Shown one piece after another: positions 1-12,781 of a stretch of 64,000 nt of DNA. This stretch comes from the human T2T-CHM13v2.0 reference genome, Homo sapiens: assembly GCF_009914755.1 (NCBI RefSeq), contig NC_060939.1; one strand, written 5' to 3'. The translations under genes and the position numbers were made by a program. Every line of letters begins with the position of its first letter. The first letter of the stretch is position 1. The notes beneath the pieces are model-generated. The model searched no databases. It worked only from the letters and a program-made list of their open reading frames with translations, and was not told the origin of the DNA.

Positions 1-340
1 TCCTCTTCTTCCTTCTCCTCAGCCTACTCAATAGGAAAATGAAGAGGATAATTTTTATAATGATCTACATCCACTTCCACTTAATGAACAGCAAATATAT
101 TTTCTCTTCCTTATGATTGTCTTAATAACATTTTTTTCTCTAACATACTTCATTGTAAGAATACAGTATGTAACACATACACAAAATATTTGTTAATCAA
201 CTGTATGTTATTGGTAAGGCTTTTGGTCAACAGCAGACTATTAGTATTTACATTTTTGAGGAATCAAAAATTATATGCAGATTTTCAACTGCAAGGGGTT
301 TGGTGCCTCTAAACCCCTGCATCGTTCAAGAGTCAACTGT
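1..340 (+). mobile_element. Tigger2/Tigger2a-type (TcMar-Tigger) DNA transposon, right end, cut by the window start
   Basis: Ends ...cccctgcatcgttcaagagtcaactg, matching the Tigger2-family terminal inverted repeat (reverse complement of CAGTTGACCCTTGAACAA). The interior resembles Tigger2a. Confidence 0.7.
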
Positions 341-344
341 GTAT

Positions 345-640
345 AAAGAAAGATCCAGGTACTTGCAAGGCAGACATGTGGGAGTGGAAGGCAAATATCA
401 TTCTAAGTAAAGAAAATAAATGCAACATGGTACCAAGGCATGCAGGAGCATGCCATTTCTGAGAATCTATAAGGACTACTATGTTTTTGGCAAACAATAA
501 TGGAAACGACCCAAAGGAGCAAGGAACCACATCCATAGGCTTGTAGACCTTGCCAAAAAGTGGACATTTCATCATGTAAAGGAGCCACAGGGCATTTGCA
601 CAGAGAGAGACAATATCCAACTTGTGTTTACAATAAGTAA
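345..640 (-). mobile_element. Ancient L2 fragment
   Basis: Degenerate similarity to the reverse strand of L2; likely continues at ~1650-1810. Confidence 0.35.
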
Positions 641-672
641 ACACAATAATGCTTGTGTTTGGACTATTGGAC

Positions 673-1648
673 ATCGCTTTATTTTGCTTTGCAGATATTG
701 TGTGTATGTGTGTGTGTGTTTTACAAATTAAAGGTTTGTTGGAACCCTGTATTGAGAAAGTTCATTGGCACCATTTTCTAACAGCATTTGCCCACTTCAT
801 GTCTTTGTGTCACATTTTGGCAATTCTCACAATATTTCAACCTACTTCATTATAATTGTATTCATTATGGTGATCTATGATCACTGACTTTTGATGTTAC
901 TATTGCAGTTGTTTTGAGATGCCACAAGCCATGCCCATAGAAGACAGCAAAGGTGATTGATGAATGGTGTGCATATTATGATGGGGGTTGTTGCCCCCTC
1001 TGTCTCCTTCTCCCCAGGCCTCCTACTTCCTTGAGACATAACAATATTGGAATTAGGCCAATTAAGTGTTTGAGGGAAAGGAAGAGTACTACATCTCTCA
1101 CTATTTTCTTTTTAAGTTCTGGGGTACATGTGCAGGATGTGCAGGTTTGTTACATAGGTAAACGTGTTCCATGGTGGTTTGCTGCACCCATCAACCCATC
1201 ACCTAGGTACTAAGCCGGGCATCCATTAGCTCTTTTTCTAATGCCATCCCCACCCCCTGCCCTCCCCTGACAGCCCCCAGTAAGTGTTGTTCCCCTCTCT
1301 GTGTCCATGTGTTCTCATTGCTCAGCTCCCTCTTATAAGTGAGAACATGTTGTGTTTGGTTTTCTGTTCCTGTGTTAGTTTGCTGAGGATAACAGCTTCC
1401 AGCTTCATCCATGTCCCAGTAAAGGACATGATCTTGTTCCTTTTCATGGCTGCATATTTTTCCATGAATTGATTAAGCTTACTAAGGAAGGCATGTCAAA
1501 AGCAGAGGTAGGCCAAAGGCTAGGTCTCTTGTATCGGTTAGCCAAGTTGTGAATGCAAAGGAAAAGTTGTTGGAGGAAATGAATAGTGCTATTCCAGTGA
1601 ACACATGAATGATAAAAAAGAAAACAGCCTTATTGCTGATATGGAAAA
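673..1648 (+). mobile_element. Tigger1 5' portion, including the decayed start of the transposase, split by an L1PA at 1103-1466
   Basis: Recognisable Tigger1 stretches: gcagatattg...tacaaattaaaggtttg, gagacataacaatattggaattaggccaatta. After the L1 it resumes with tgattaagctt...gaaggcatgtcaaa...aaacagccttattgctgatatgga. Confidence 0.85.
1103..1466 (-). mobile_element. L1PA (approximately L1PA8-13) 3' end, heavily 5'-truncated
   Basis: ttttaagttctggggtacatgtgcaggatgtgcaggtttgttacataggtaaacgtg is the reverse of a primate L1 3'UTR. Confidence 0.85.
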
Positions 1649-1820
1649 CAAGCAGCCAGAGAAGTAAGAAGAAAACAGGATAGATGAAGTGGGAAGAGGA
1701 CTTTAGAGAAGCAGGGGTTGCCAACAGCATCAAATGTTTCATAGTAGTCTACTCAGATGAGGAAGTGTTTGTAAGATTGCAGAGGTAACACCATGATTTA
1801 GCAAAAGCAGTTGTTAGTGG

Positions 1821-2452
1821 TGTTACTGGAAAGGGGTCCCAATCTAGACGGCAAGAGAGAGTTCTTGGACCTTGCTCATGAAAGAATTCCGCGAGTTCAT
1901 AAAGTGAAAGCAAGTTTATTAGGAAACTAAAGAAATAAAAGAATGGCTACTCTATAAACAGAGCAGCTCTGAAGGCTGCTGGCTGGCTATTTTTATGATT
2001 ATTTATTGATTGTATGCTAAACAAGGGGTGGCTTATTCATGAGTTTTCCCAGAAAGGGATGGGCAATTTCTGGAATTGAGGGCTCCTCCCCTTTTAAGAC
2101 CATTTAGGGTAAGGTCCAAACATTGCCATGGCATTTGTAAGCTGCCATGGCACTGGTGGGAGTGTCTTTTAGCATGCTAATGCATTATAATTAGCATATA
2201 ATGAGCAGCGAGGATAACCAGAGGTCACTTTCATCACCATCTTTGCTTTGGTGGGCTTTGGCTGGTTTCTTTACTGCAAACTGTTTTATTAGCAAGGTCT
2301 GATAAAAGTGACCTATATCTTGTGTTGACTTCCTATGTCATTCTGTGACTAAGACTGCCTAACTACCTGGGAATGCATCCCGGTAGGTCTCAGCCTCATT
2401 TTACCCAGCCCCTATTCAAGATGGAGTCACTCTGGTTCAAACGCCTCTGACG
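1821..2452 (-). mobile_element. MER41B-type solo LTR (ERV1)
   Basis: The right end is the reverse complement of the MER41 start (TGTCAGAGGCGTTTGAACCAGAG...CCATCTTGAATAGGGGCTGGGTAAAATGAGGCTGAGACCTA). 4-bp TSD GTGG at 1817-1820 and 2453-2456. Confidence 0.85.
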
Positions 2453-2843
2453 GTGGCAGAATAAATAAGATAAAGAAATTGGGTACCAAACTAAGACTTC
2501 CAGAACACAAAAGCCAACAGCCAATATTTAGTTTTTAGATCCTCGCTCCAGTATTGGACCCTATTGTCTACTCCCTCCTTCATGGAAAAGAGATGAAAAG
2601 TTCAGAAAGGCAAATGAGGCAAAAAGAGAAGAGGCAAAGAGGAAAACCAGTGCAGAATAGTTTATGAAAAGGGCATAAAGTTAAAGGTTTCATGGATTGA
2701 GCATTTTGTATGTGTGTGTGAAATACACACTGGAAGTACAACTGTGTGCTCAGGGTGGGTGGGAAGAAGAGATGAAAGTTTGAAGAGAGCAACTGAAGGG
2801 CTCTGAAAGGGAACACGACAAGGGTTGTGGATTTTTAGGGTAT

Positions 2844-3550
2844 TGAAACAGCCTTTGCAAAACTTATATCAGTGAGAAAATTATAACTGTAAGCTAAGCT
2901 AACCCACCCCCCATCTTGCCTTTTCCTGAACTGTTCCTGGGCTACAGGGCCAAGCTAACTTTGGAAGACATTTAGGCTTCATTTTAAATGATAATAGGCC
3001 TCGCCCAAAACTCTACTTCTTTTGTAAAACTAATAGGAGGCCTCCAGGCTGAGGGAAGGAGAGGAACCTGGGTCCTGCTAAAGTGCAGAAATTATTCAGA
3101 GGTTATAAGATATACAACTTCCTTCAATTACTCCTGCAAATAACACCGCTATTGTAGATTGGCCTTTTGAGATCTCTTTCCAGGTTTTTTTGCATGTCTG
3201 ACCCCTACGACTCCACCTGGACCCAATGGCTGCATCTGGACCGACAACCCCACTCCTGTGGCCTCACCCAGAAGCAATTCAGCCTGCAGGAGGACAGCAT
3301 CAACCCCCTATGATTCCATCTCTGCCCCAATCAATCAGCAGTAAGCACCTGTTACCTGGCCATTCCCACCCCTTCTCCCAAACTGCCGTTAAAAAACCCC
3401 TAACCTACAAGCTTTGGACAACATGATTTGAGTACGAACTCTATCTCCCATGTGGCATGGATGGCCTTTTGTCTACTAAACTCTTTCTCCACTATAATGT
3501 CATGGTCTTTCTTTATTCAGTGGACAGGAAGAACCCCCTGGGCAGTTACA
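2844..3550 (+). mobile_element. MER4-group solo LTR (MER50/LTR8-like, ERV1)
   Basis: Starts tgaaacagcctttgcaaaa and ends gggcagttaca (TG...CA). 4-bp TSD GTAT at 2840-2843 and 3551-3554. Confidence 0.8.
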
Positions 3551-3889
3551 GTATCAATCTGCACCAAGTTAATTTGCATAGTAGAGTTAAAAAACCCAAG
3601 CATTTTTTCTAGAAGAGGTAGGCTATTAACAAAATGGGTACTGAGCAATTAAGAGAATCCTGCTCAGTACTATGATCTTGGTCTTCACCCAGGTATAAAG
3701 AATCTCCGTGACATTGGCTATCTCTTGAACTTCATTTCATTATCTGTAAATTGAACCAAAAGCTTCCTCGGCTCCTTCTCAGCTCTAGCAAGCCTATATC
3801 TATAACTTGCTCAAAATCACACAGACATCTCAAGCTGTCTTCCCTCTCCCCCAGATAATTACTGTAGTTATTAATAGATATATAGTACC

Positions 3890-4075
3890 CTAATTAATTT
3901 CACAACCCTTTGAGGGAGGTACTATTATGATCCCACTTTATTGATAAGGAAAGCAAGGCTCATAAAGGTTATGAAAATTGCTCAAGTACACACAACTAGA
4001 AAGTGGTAGAGCAAGGTTTTAAACCCACGATAGCATGACCCCCAAGTACAGGTTTTTAACCATTGGTCTACACTA
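3890..4075 (-). mobile_element. MIR SINE
   Basis: cacaaccctttgagggaggtactattatgatcccactttattgataaggaaagcaaggctca...cacacaactagaaagtggtagagc matches the reverse of the MIR core. Confidence 0.7.
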
Positions 4076-5971
4076 CTTTCCTCTAGAAATGATGAAAGAT
4101 GCCAAATAAAATGTTCAGAAGATCCTTTAAGAATTTGAGAATTTCATTCAGTTTGGAAATTGTTTCTCCAATAAATCCCACACCTCAAGTCTTGGTTTTA
4201 AAGCAGATCCAAGCTGAGGTCCCCAAATTTCTTAAAAATTAAGCCAGAAAAATTTAATGAATGGTTTTGTGCTTTTTCTAAGTTGACACAAACCTCCAGG
4301 GACCTATCAGCATATTTGAACTCCTGTAGTTGGAAATATAATAAAGAACGAACATCTGCATCTGTTACTAGTTAAAATCTTTCCTGTTATATCTACTTCC
4401 TGGAATGTGGCTGCAATTTCCTAAATGAGTCAGCTAAGTTGTATAATTTTTAGTTTCTTGGTAGATTCTCCTTCTCTGCCTCACTCCAAATCATGCTGGA
4501 GTGAGGTGTGATCAAGGAAAAATACAAGCATTCAAAAAGACCCCTTGAGATCATTCATGATAAAACCAGTAGCCCTCAAGCAGAAAGCTTTCCAAGTCCT
4601 CCAGAACATAGCGTGACATTGGCCAAATAACCATTTGTCCTAACCAAGTAGTATGCAAATGGAATTATAAGAGCTTGACTGGTCCCTCTGTCTGGGACCT
4701 GAACCGCTCCATCTTTGCCTATAGAGAGTTGTTGTGTCCTTTTCAGTACATCTCAAATGCTATCTTCTATGTGAAGTCTTTGCAGGTACTCTGAAACAAT
4801 TGAATCTCCTGTTGAGCCCCTGTATCACTTACTTGTAAACATCCATTATGATGCTTATCGCTATTTGTGTCTGTGTCTTCTTTCTATTTATGAATAGGGT
4901 TTCATTTTCAAGAAGCATAAGGCAGGTTGGGACATTATCAGTCTGCAGGCCAGCTGCCAACTTGCCACCTGAGTCTACCTGCCACCTCTGCACATTGAGC
5001 TAGGTCAGCACATTCTAGACTCCGGTTCTTAGCCTCACAGACCCAGGAAATCAATTTTCTAAGTACTCCAGACCATATAGTTCTTAAGGATGCTTTCTGA
5101 TGATAGCCAATTCCACCAAGTTTTAAAAGGTGAGCAGAATGGCAAGTTATGAACAAATTATACACTGGCATGCTCAGACACTAGTATGGTCAGAAGTCTG
5201 CATGAATCAGGGTAGAGATGAGATTTACTAGGTAAATTAACAAAATGTATTACTAGCATCAGCACAGGCTTTTCAAATGGATCCACTTCTACTGTAGGGC
5301 CTTATCTATTATAGGCAGAGACGACCCTTCTATGGGAAGAGTTAGGAGGTCAGTGTTGTTGAATTTCCTTGTCTGTGATGGCCATCTTTCTTCTGTCCAT
5401 GTGTTCTTTCACCCAACAGAAGATGATACAGTGGATCAGGGCATTGCTTTCTATATTACCACCTGTCTCCTTTGCTAACGTATCATACTGATTCAGTGTC
5501 AAATGTTCTCAAACTCTTTGCCCCTATGGTCCTTAAATGATCTCTTGGTTTCCTCCCACAGCTGGTGTGAATCCCATCCACTGTGTGAGGATTTTACTAG
5601 TGTGACTCTCAGAGGACCCATAAGGTAAGGTCTCCACATTGTAGGTTTTCCTAAAAGCAAACAGGGTCTTAGTTCTTTTCGGGTTCATACCACAGTGCCT
5701 AGCTCAGAGTAAGCTCTCAAATATTCGAATTGACTTTAACTTGCCCATTCAGCTTTTGTATTTCATTCATGAAGCAACCTTGGCAGAAATTGCATGATAT
5801 TGCAGAATGTTGGTGCCACTACTAAACTGGTACTATAGTAAATAATACATGTAACTCATCATTTAGTTCGCTGTCTTCAAACAAAACGACTGCTGATTTT
5901 TTTCAAAAGGAGGAAAAAAATTGCTGTGGTCACACTGGGTGAGTGATGCTGTTATTGAATAATGCTAAGAG

Positions 5972-6161
5972 AGTGGTTTTCAAAGTATGGTTCCCCAGAA
6001 CAGCAGCATTCATTTCACCTGGGAACCAGTTAGAAGTGCAAAATCCTAAGTCCCTTTTCAGACTTAATAAATCAGGGTCTCTGGGAGCAGGGGGTCAGAA
6101 ATCTATGGTTTAACAAACCCTCCGGGTGATGCAGGTACACACTCAAGTTGGAGAGCCACTG
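5972..6161. mobile_element. MER5A (hAT-Charlie MITE)
   Basis: agtggttttcaaagtatggt...cagcagcatt..cacctgggaa..ttagaagtgcaaa...ttaacaaaccctccgggtgat...agagccactg, with inverted ends. Confidence 0.75.
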
Positions 6162-6820
6162 CCCTAATTTGTTCAGCACCTCACACTTGATTTTGATGGC
6201 TGTCACCTGCAGATAAGTAGGCACTTTAAATCTAAAGCCAGCTGAGCCCTATCACATGTCAGATGAGAAGCAACCTTTATCAAGGCAGCCCCTATGATAT
6301 GCCAGTCAGCTGACATGTATTTAGTACACTGCTGCATGCGAGAGTCACGTTAAATCAAAACAACATTTGGCTGATCTTGTAAATAAAGACAGCCCTGGTT
6401 ATCACATACTGGGAAGTATCCTCAGCCAAAACAGCATTTGAATGATTAAGTCATTAAGAGCAAACCTGTTTGCGAGTTATAAATCCTGGTTTTAAAAACA
6501 TCAGAAAAAAGAAATGATGGCAAAAGTATCACTGATGCTTCATAATGAGGTTAAGCATCCCAGGGTTAGAGATGAGAATCCATTTGTGGTTGGGCCTGGG
6601 AGGGACAATTAAGGACACATATTCTGGGTATCAGACTTTTACTAGCCTTGCTAAATCACAGCTCGTCCCGGTAGTGAGGGGATGGTGGAAGAGCTGCAAA
6701 CCACACCTGTGAGAAATGAGGAGAAGAGTGAATCACTCGGGCTCCTATGGGCAATGCAGAAAGAACAAGAACTGAAGACTCTAGTCGTGTCCTTGCAATG
6801 CTTCTCAGATGCCTTCTGCT

Positions 6821-7130
<310 letters not shown>

Positions 7131-7394
7131 TCTGCTGCTTCTTTGGATGACATTTCATAGCCTTCGGGGGTGACAAGTAGCAAAAAAAATCTTCTGGGCC
7201 AAATGCAGCACAGAAAACATTTTGATGAATGTGCAATTACTATTTGTCCAGAACAATCCTGTTTCATTTTATTTTTTATTTTAGATTGAAGGGGTGTATG
7301 CGCAGGTTTGTTACATGGATATAATGCATAATGATGAGATTTGGGCTTGGTGTGTACCCATCACCCAAATAGTTCACACGTACACAGCAGGTAA

Positions 7395-7616
<222 letters not shown>

Positions 7617-7899
7617 TGACCTTTATGTTCATGTGTACCCATTATTAGCTCCCACATAAAAGGAAGAACATGCTGTATTTGATTTTCTGTTTTCTGTTTT
7701 ATTCTAATTAGGATAATGACCTCCAGTTCCATCTGGGTTGTTGCAAAGGACATGATTTCATTCATTTTTATGACTGAGTAGTATTCCATAGTGTATATAT
7801 ACCATGTTTTCTGTATCCAAGCAATCATTGACAGACACAGTTTGATTCCATGACTTTGCTATTGTGGATAGTGCTGCAATAAACATATGAGAGCAGGTA

Positions 7900-8232
<333 letters not shown>

Positions 8233-9512
8233 GGTGAGTTTTTAATGTAATATTTTTTTTTCCCTTCAGATAGATGCCCAGTAGTGGGATTGCTGGGTCG
8301 AATGGTAGTTCTATTTTTAGTTCTTTGAGAAATCTCCATACTCTTTTTCCATTAAGGTTATACTAATTTCCCTTCCTACCAACAGCGTATAAGTGTTCCC
8401 TTTTCTCCGCATCCTTGCCAACTTCTGTTATTTTTTGACTTTTTAATAATAGCCATCTGATTTATGTAAGACGATTATCTCATTGTGGTTTTAATTTGCA
8501 ATATGCAGATGATTAGTGAGGTTGAACATTTTCTTCATACTCATTTTGGCCACTTGTACATTTTGAGAAATTGTTCATGTCCTTTACCCACCTGTTAATT
8601 TATTTTTTCCTGTTGTTTCAGTTCCTTGTAGATCCTGGATATTAGTCCTTTATCGGAGGCATAATTTGCAAACATTTTTTCCCATTCTCTTCGTTGTCTG
8701 TTTACTGTGTTGATTATTTATTTTGCTGTGCAGAAGATTTTAGTTTAATTAAGCCCCATATGTCTGTCTGGGGTTTTGATTTTGAGGTCTTAGTTATAAA
8801 TTCTTTACCTATGTCAATGTCCAGAAGAGTTTTTCCTAGGTTTTCTTGTAGGACCTTTATACATTATGGTCTTACATTTGAGTCTTTAATTCACCTTGAG
8901 TTAATTTTTGTATATGGTGAGAAATAGGGATCCAATTTCATGTTTCTGCATATGGCCAGCCAATTTTCCCAGCCCTGTTTATTGAACAGGGTGTCCTTTT
9001 CCCTTGGTGTTTTTTTGTTTTTTGTTTTTTGGCAACTTTGTTGAAGATCAGCTGGTTATGGGTGTGTGGCTTTATTTCTGGGTGCTCTACTCCGTTCCAT
9101 TGGTTTATGTGTCTTTTTTTTATATCAGTATAATGCTGTTTTTGTTTTTGATAACTTTATTTTTAGCCTTGTAATATAATTTGAAGTCAGATAATGCGAT
9201 GCCTCCAGCTTTGTTCTTTTTACTTAAAATTGCTTCAGCTATTCAGTGTCCTTTTTGGTTCCATATGAATTTAGGATTGCTTTTTTCTAATTCTGCAAAT
9301 AATTATGTTGGTAATTTCATAGAAATTGTGTTGAATCTATAGACTGCTATGGGCAGTGTGGTCATTTTAACGATACTGATCTTCCAATTCATGAGCATGG
9401 GATGTTTTTCCATTTGTTTGTGTCAGCTATGATTTCTTTTTTCAGTGTTTTGTAGTTCTCCTGGTAGAGATCTTCCACCTTCTTGGTTAAATATATTCCT
9501 AGGTATGTTTTG

Positions 9513-9516
<4 letters not shown>

Positions 9517-9560
<44 letters not shown>
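9517..9560. repeat. (TG)n microsatellite
   Basis: Direct reading; about 22 units. Confidence 0.95.
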
Positions 9561-9561
<1 letters not shown>

Positions 9562-12343
9562 CTATTGTAATGGGATTGAGCTTTTGATTTGGTTCTCAGC
9601 TTGAATGTTATTGGTGTATAGAAATGCTACTGATTTTTGTATATAAATTTTGTATCCTGAAATTTTATGAAGTTGTTTATCAAGTCTAGGAATCTTTTGG
9701 AGAAGTCGTTTGAATTTTCTAGGTATATGAACATGTAATCAGTGTATACACATAATTTGACTTCCTCTTTTTTCAATTTGGATGTCTTTTATTTCTCTCT
9801 CTTGCCTGAATGCTCTGGCTAAGACTTCTGGTAATATGCTGAATTGGGGTTGTGAGAGCGGACATCTTTGTCTCATTCAAGTTCATAGCGGAGAATGCTT
9901 TCAACTTTTCTCTATTCAGTTGATAATGGCTATGGATTTTTCATATATGGCTTTTATTATTTTGAGTTTTATTCCTTTGATGCCTAGTTTGTTCCTGGTT
10001 CAATTTTGGGAGGTATATTTTCAGGAATTTATCCATTTTCTCTAGGTTTTCTAGTTTGTGGATGTAGGGATGTTCATTATGAACTCTGATTATCTTTTGC
10101 ATTTCTATGGTATCAATTTCAATATCACCTTTATCATTTCTGATCATGCTTATTTGAATCATCTCTCCTTTTTTCTTAAACTGGCTAGTGTTTTATCAAT
10201 TTTGTTTATCTTTGTAAAGAACCAGCTTTTTGTTTTGTTGATACTTTGTATCATCGTTTTTTGTTGTTGTTGTTGTTCATAATCCCCTTTAGTTCTGTCC
10301 TGATCTTTGTTATTTCTTTTCTTCTGCTAGCTTTGGGTTTGGTTTGTTCTTGTTTTTCTAGTTCCTTGAAGTGTAATGTTAGCTTGTTAATTTGATAACT
10401 TTATTTTTTGATGTAGGCATTTAACACTATAAACTTTTCTCTTAACACTGCTATTGCTATATCTGAGATGTTTTTGGTATGTTTTGTCTCTATTTTCATT
10501 TGTTTCAAAAATTTTTTGATTTCTGTCTTAATTTCATTGGTTACTCAAAAGTCATTCAGGACCAAGATGTTTAGTTTCCATGGACTTCTGTAGTTTTGAG
10601 AGTTCCTCTTGGTATTAATTTCTAATTTTATCCCACGGTCAGAGAAGATGTTTGACATAATTTTAATTTTTTAAATTTGTAGATATTTGTTTTATGGCCA
10701 AGCATGTGGTCTTTTTTGAGAATGTTCTTTTCGCAGATGAGAAAAATGTATATGTTGTGAGTTTTGAATGGAATGTTCTGTACATGTCTATTAGGTCTAT
10801 TTGTTCTAAAGTCTAGTTACAGTCCAGAGTTTCTTTGTTGGCTTTCTGTGTTATCAGTGGGGTGTTGAGGTCCCCTACTATTGTTGCATTGCTGTCAGTC
10901 TATTTTCTTAGGTCTTGTAGCATTTGTTTTATGAAATCTTCGTGCTCTAGTGTTAGGCACATATATATTTAGGATAGTTAAATCTTTTTGTTGCATTGAA
11001 CCCTTTATCATTATATAATGCCCTTCTTTATCCTTTTTTTAAACTATTGTTGATTTAAAGTCTGGCTTATCTGATATAAGAATGGCTACTCCTGCTTGCT
11101 TTTGTTTTCCATTTGCATGATACATATTTTTCCATCCCTTTATTTGAGCTGGTACATGTCTTTAGCCAATAGGTGGCTCTCTTGTAAGCAGAAGATGATT
11201 GGCTCTTGTTTTTTTATTATTCAGTTGGCCAGTCTATATCTTTTATGTAGAGCATTTAGGCCTTTGATGTTCAATGTTAATATTGATGTGTGAGGTTTTG
11301 TTCCTATCATAGTCTTGTTAGCTGGTTGTCTTGAAGTCTCAGTTGTGTATTTGAGACTTCAAGGCAACTAGCTAACAAGGCTTTGTAGGATGTGTGTGCT
11401 TCCTACTTATGTGTGCTTTTACGATGTTGAGTATCATCTTTTCATGTGCATGTATAGAACTACTTTGAGCGTTTCTTGTAGGTCTGGTCTAGTGGCAACG
11501 AATTCCTTTAGCATTTGCTTCTCTGGGACTTACTTTATTTCTCCTTTGTTTATGAAGCTTTGTTTGACAGGATATAAAATTCTTGGCTTAGACTTTTTTC
11601 TTAAAGGAGGCTAAAAGTTGGCCCCTAATCTCTTCTAGCTTGTAAGGTTTCTGAGAAGTCCACTGTTAGCCTGATGGGATTTCCGTTATAGGTGATTTGA
11701 TGCTTCTCTCTAACTGCTTTTAAGATTTGCCCCTTCATATTAACCTTGGATAGTCTGGTGACTATATATTTTGATGATGTTTGTTTTGCATAGCATTTTC
11801 TAGCTGTTCTCTGAATTCCTTGTATCTGGATGTCTATGTCTCTAAAAAGATTGGGGACAGTTTCCTAAATTATTCCCTCAAATATATTTTCCAAACTTCT
11901 TACTTTTTCTTTTTCTTCCTAAGAATACCTATAGGTCATAGGTTTTGTTGCTTTACATAATCCCATATTTCTCAAAGGCGTTGTTCATTTTCCAAAAATT
12001 TCTTCTTTATTTTTATCTGACTTTGTTAATTTGAAATACTAGTCTTTGAGCTCTGAAATTCTTTCTTCTTCTTGGTCTTGTCTCTTGTTACAACTTTCAA
12101 CTGTGTTCTGAAGTTCTTTTAGTCAATATTTCATTTCCAGGAGTTCTGGGGGTTTTGTTGTTGTTGCTGTTTTTAAATAAATCTACATCATCTTGTATCT
12201 CCTGGACTGTTTTTCTGTTTTCTTTGTGTTGATTTTCAACTTTCTCTGGGATATCATTGAGCTTCCTTACAATCTATATTTTGAATTCTTTATCTGTCAT
12301 TTCAAAATTTTCATTCTGACTAGGATAATATTCTGTTTCTTGA

Positions 12344-12781
<438 letters not shown>

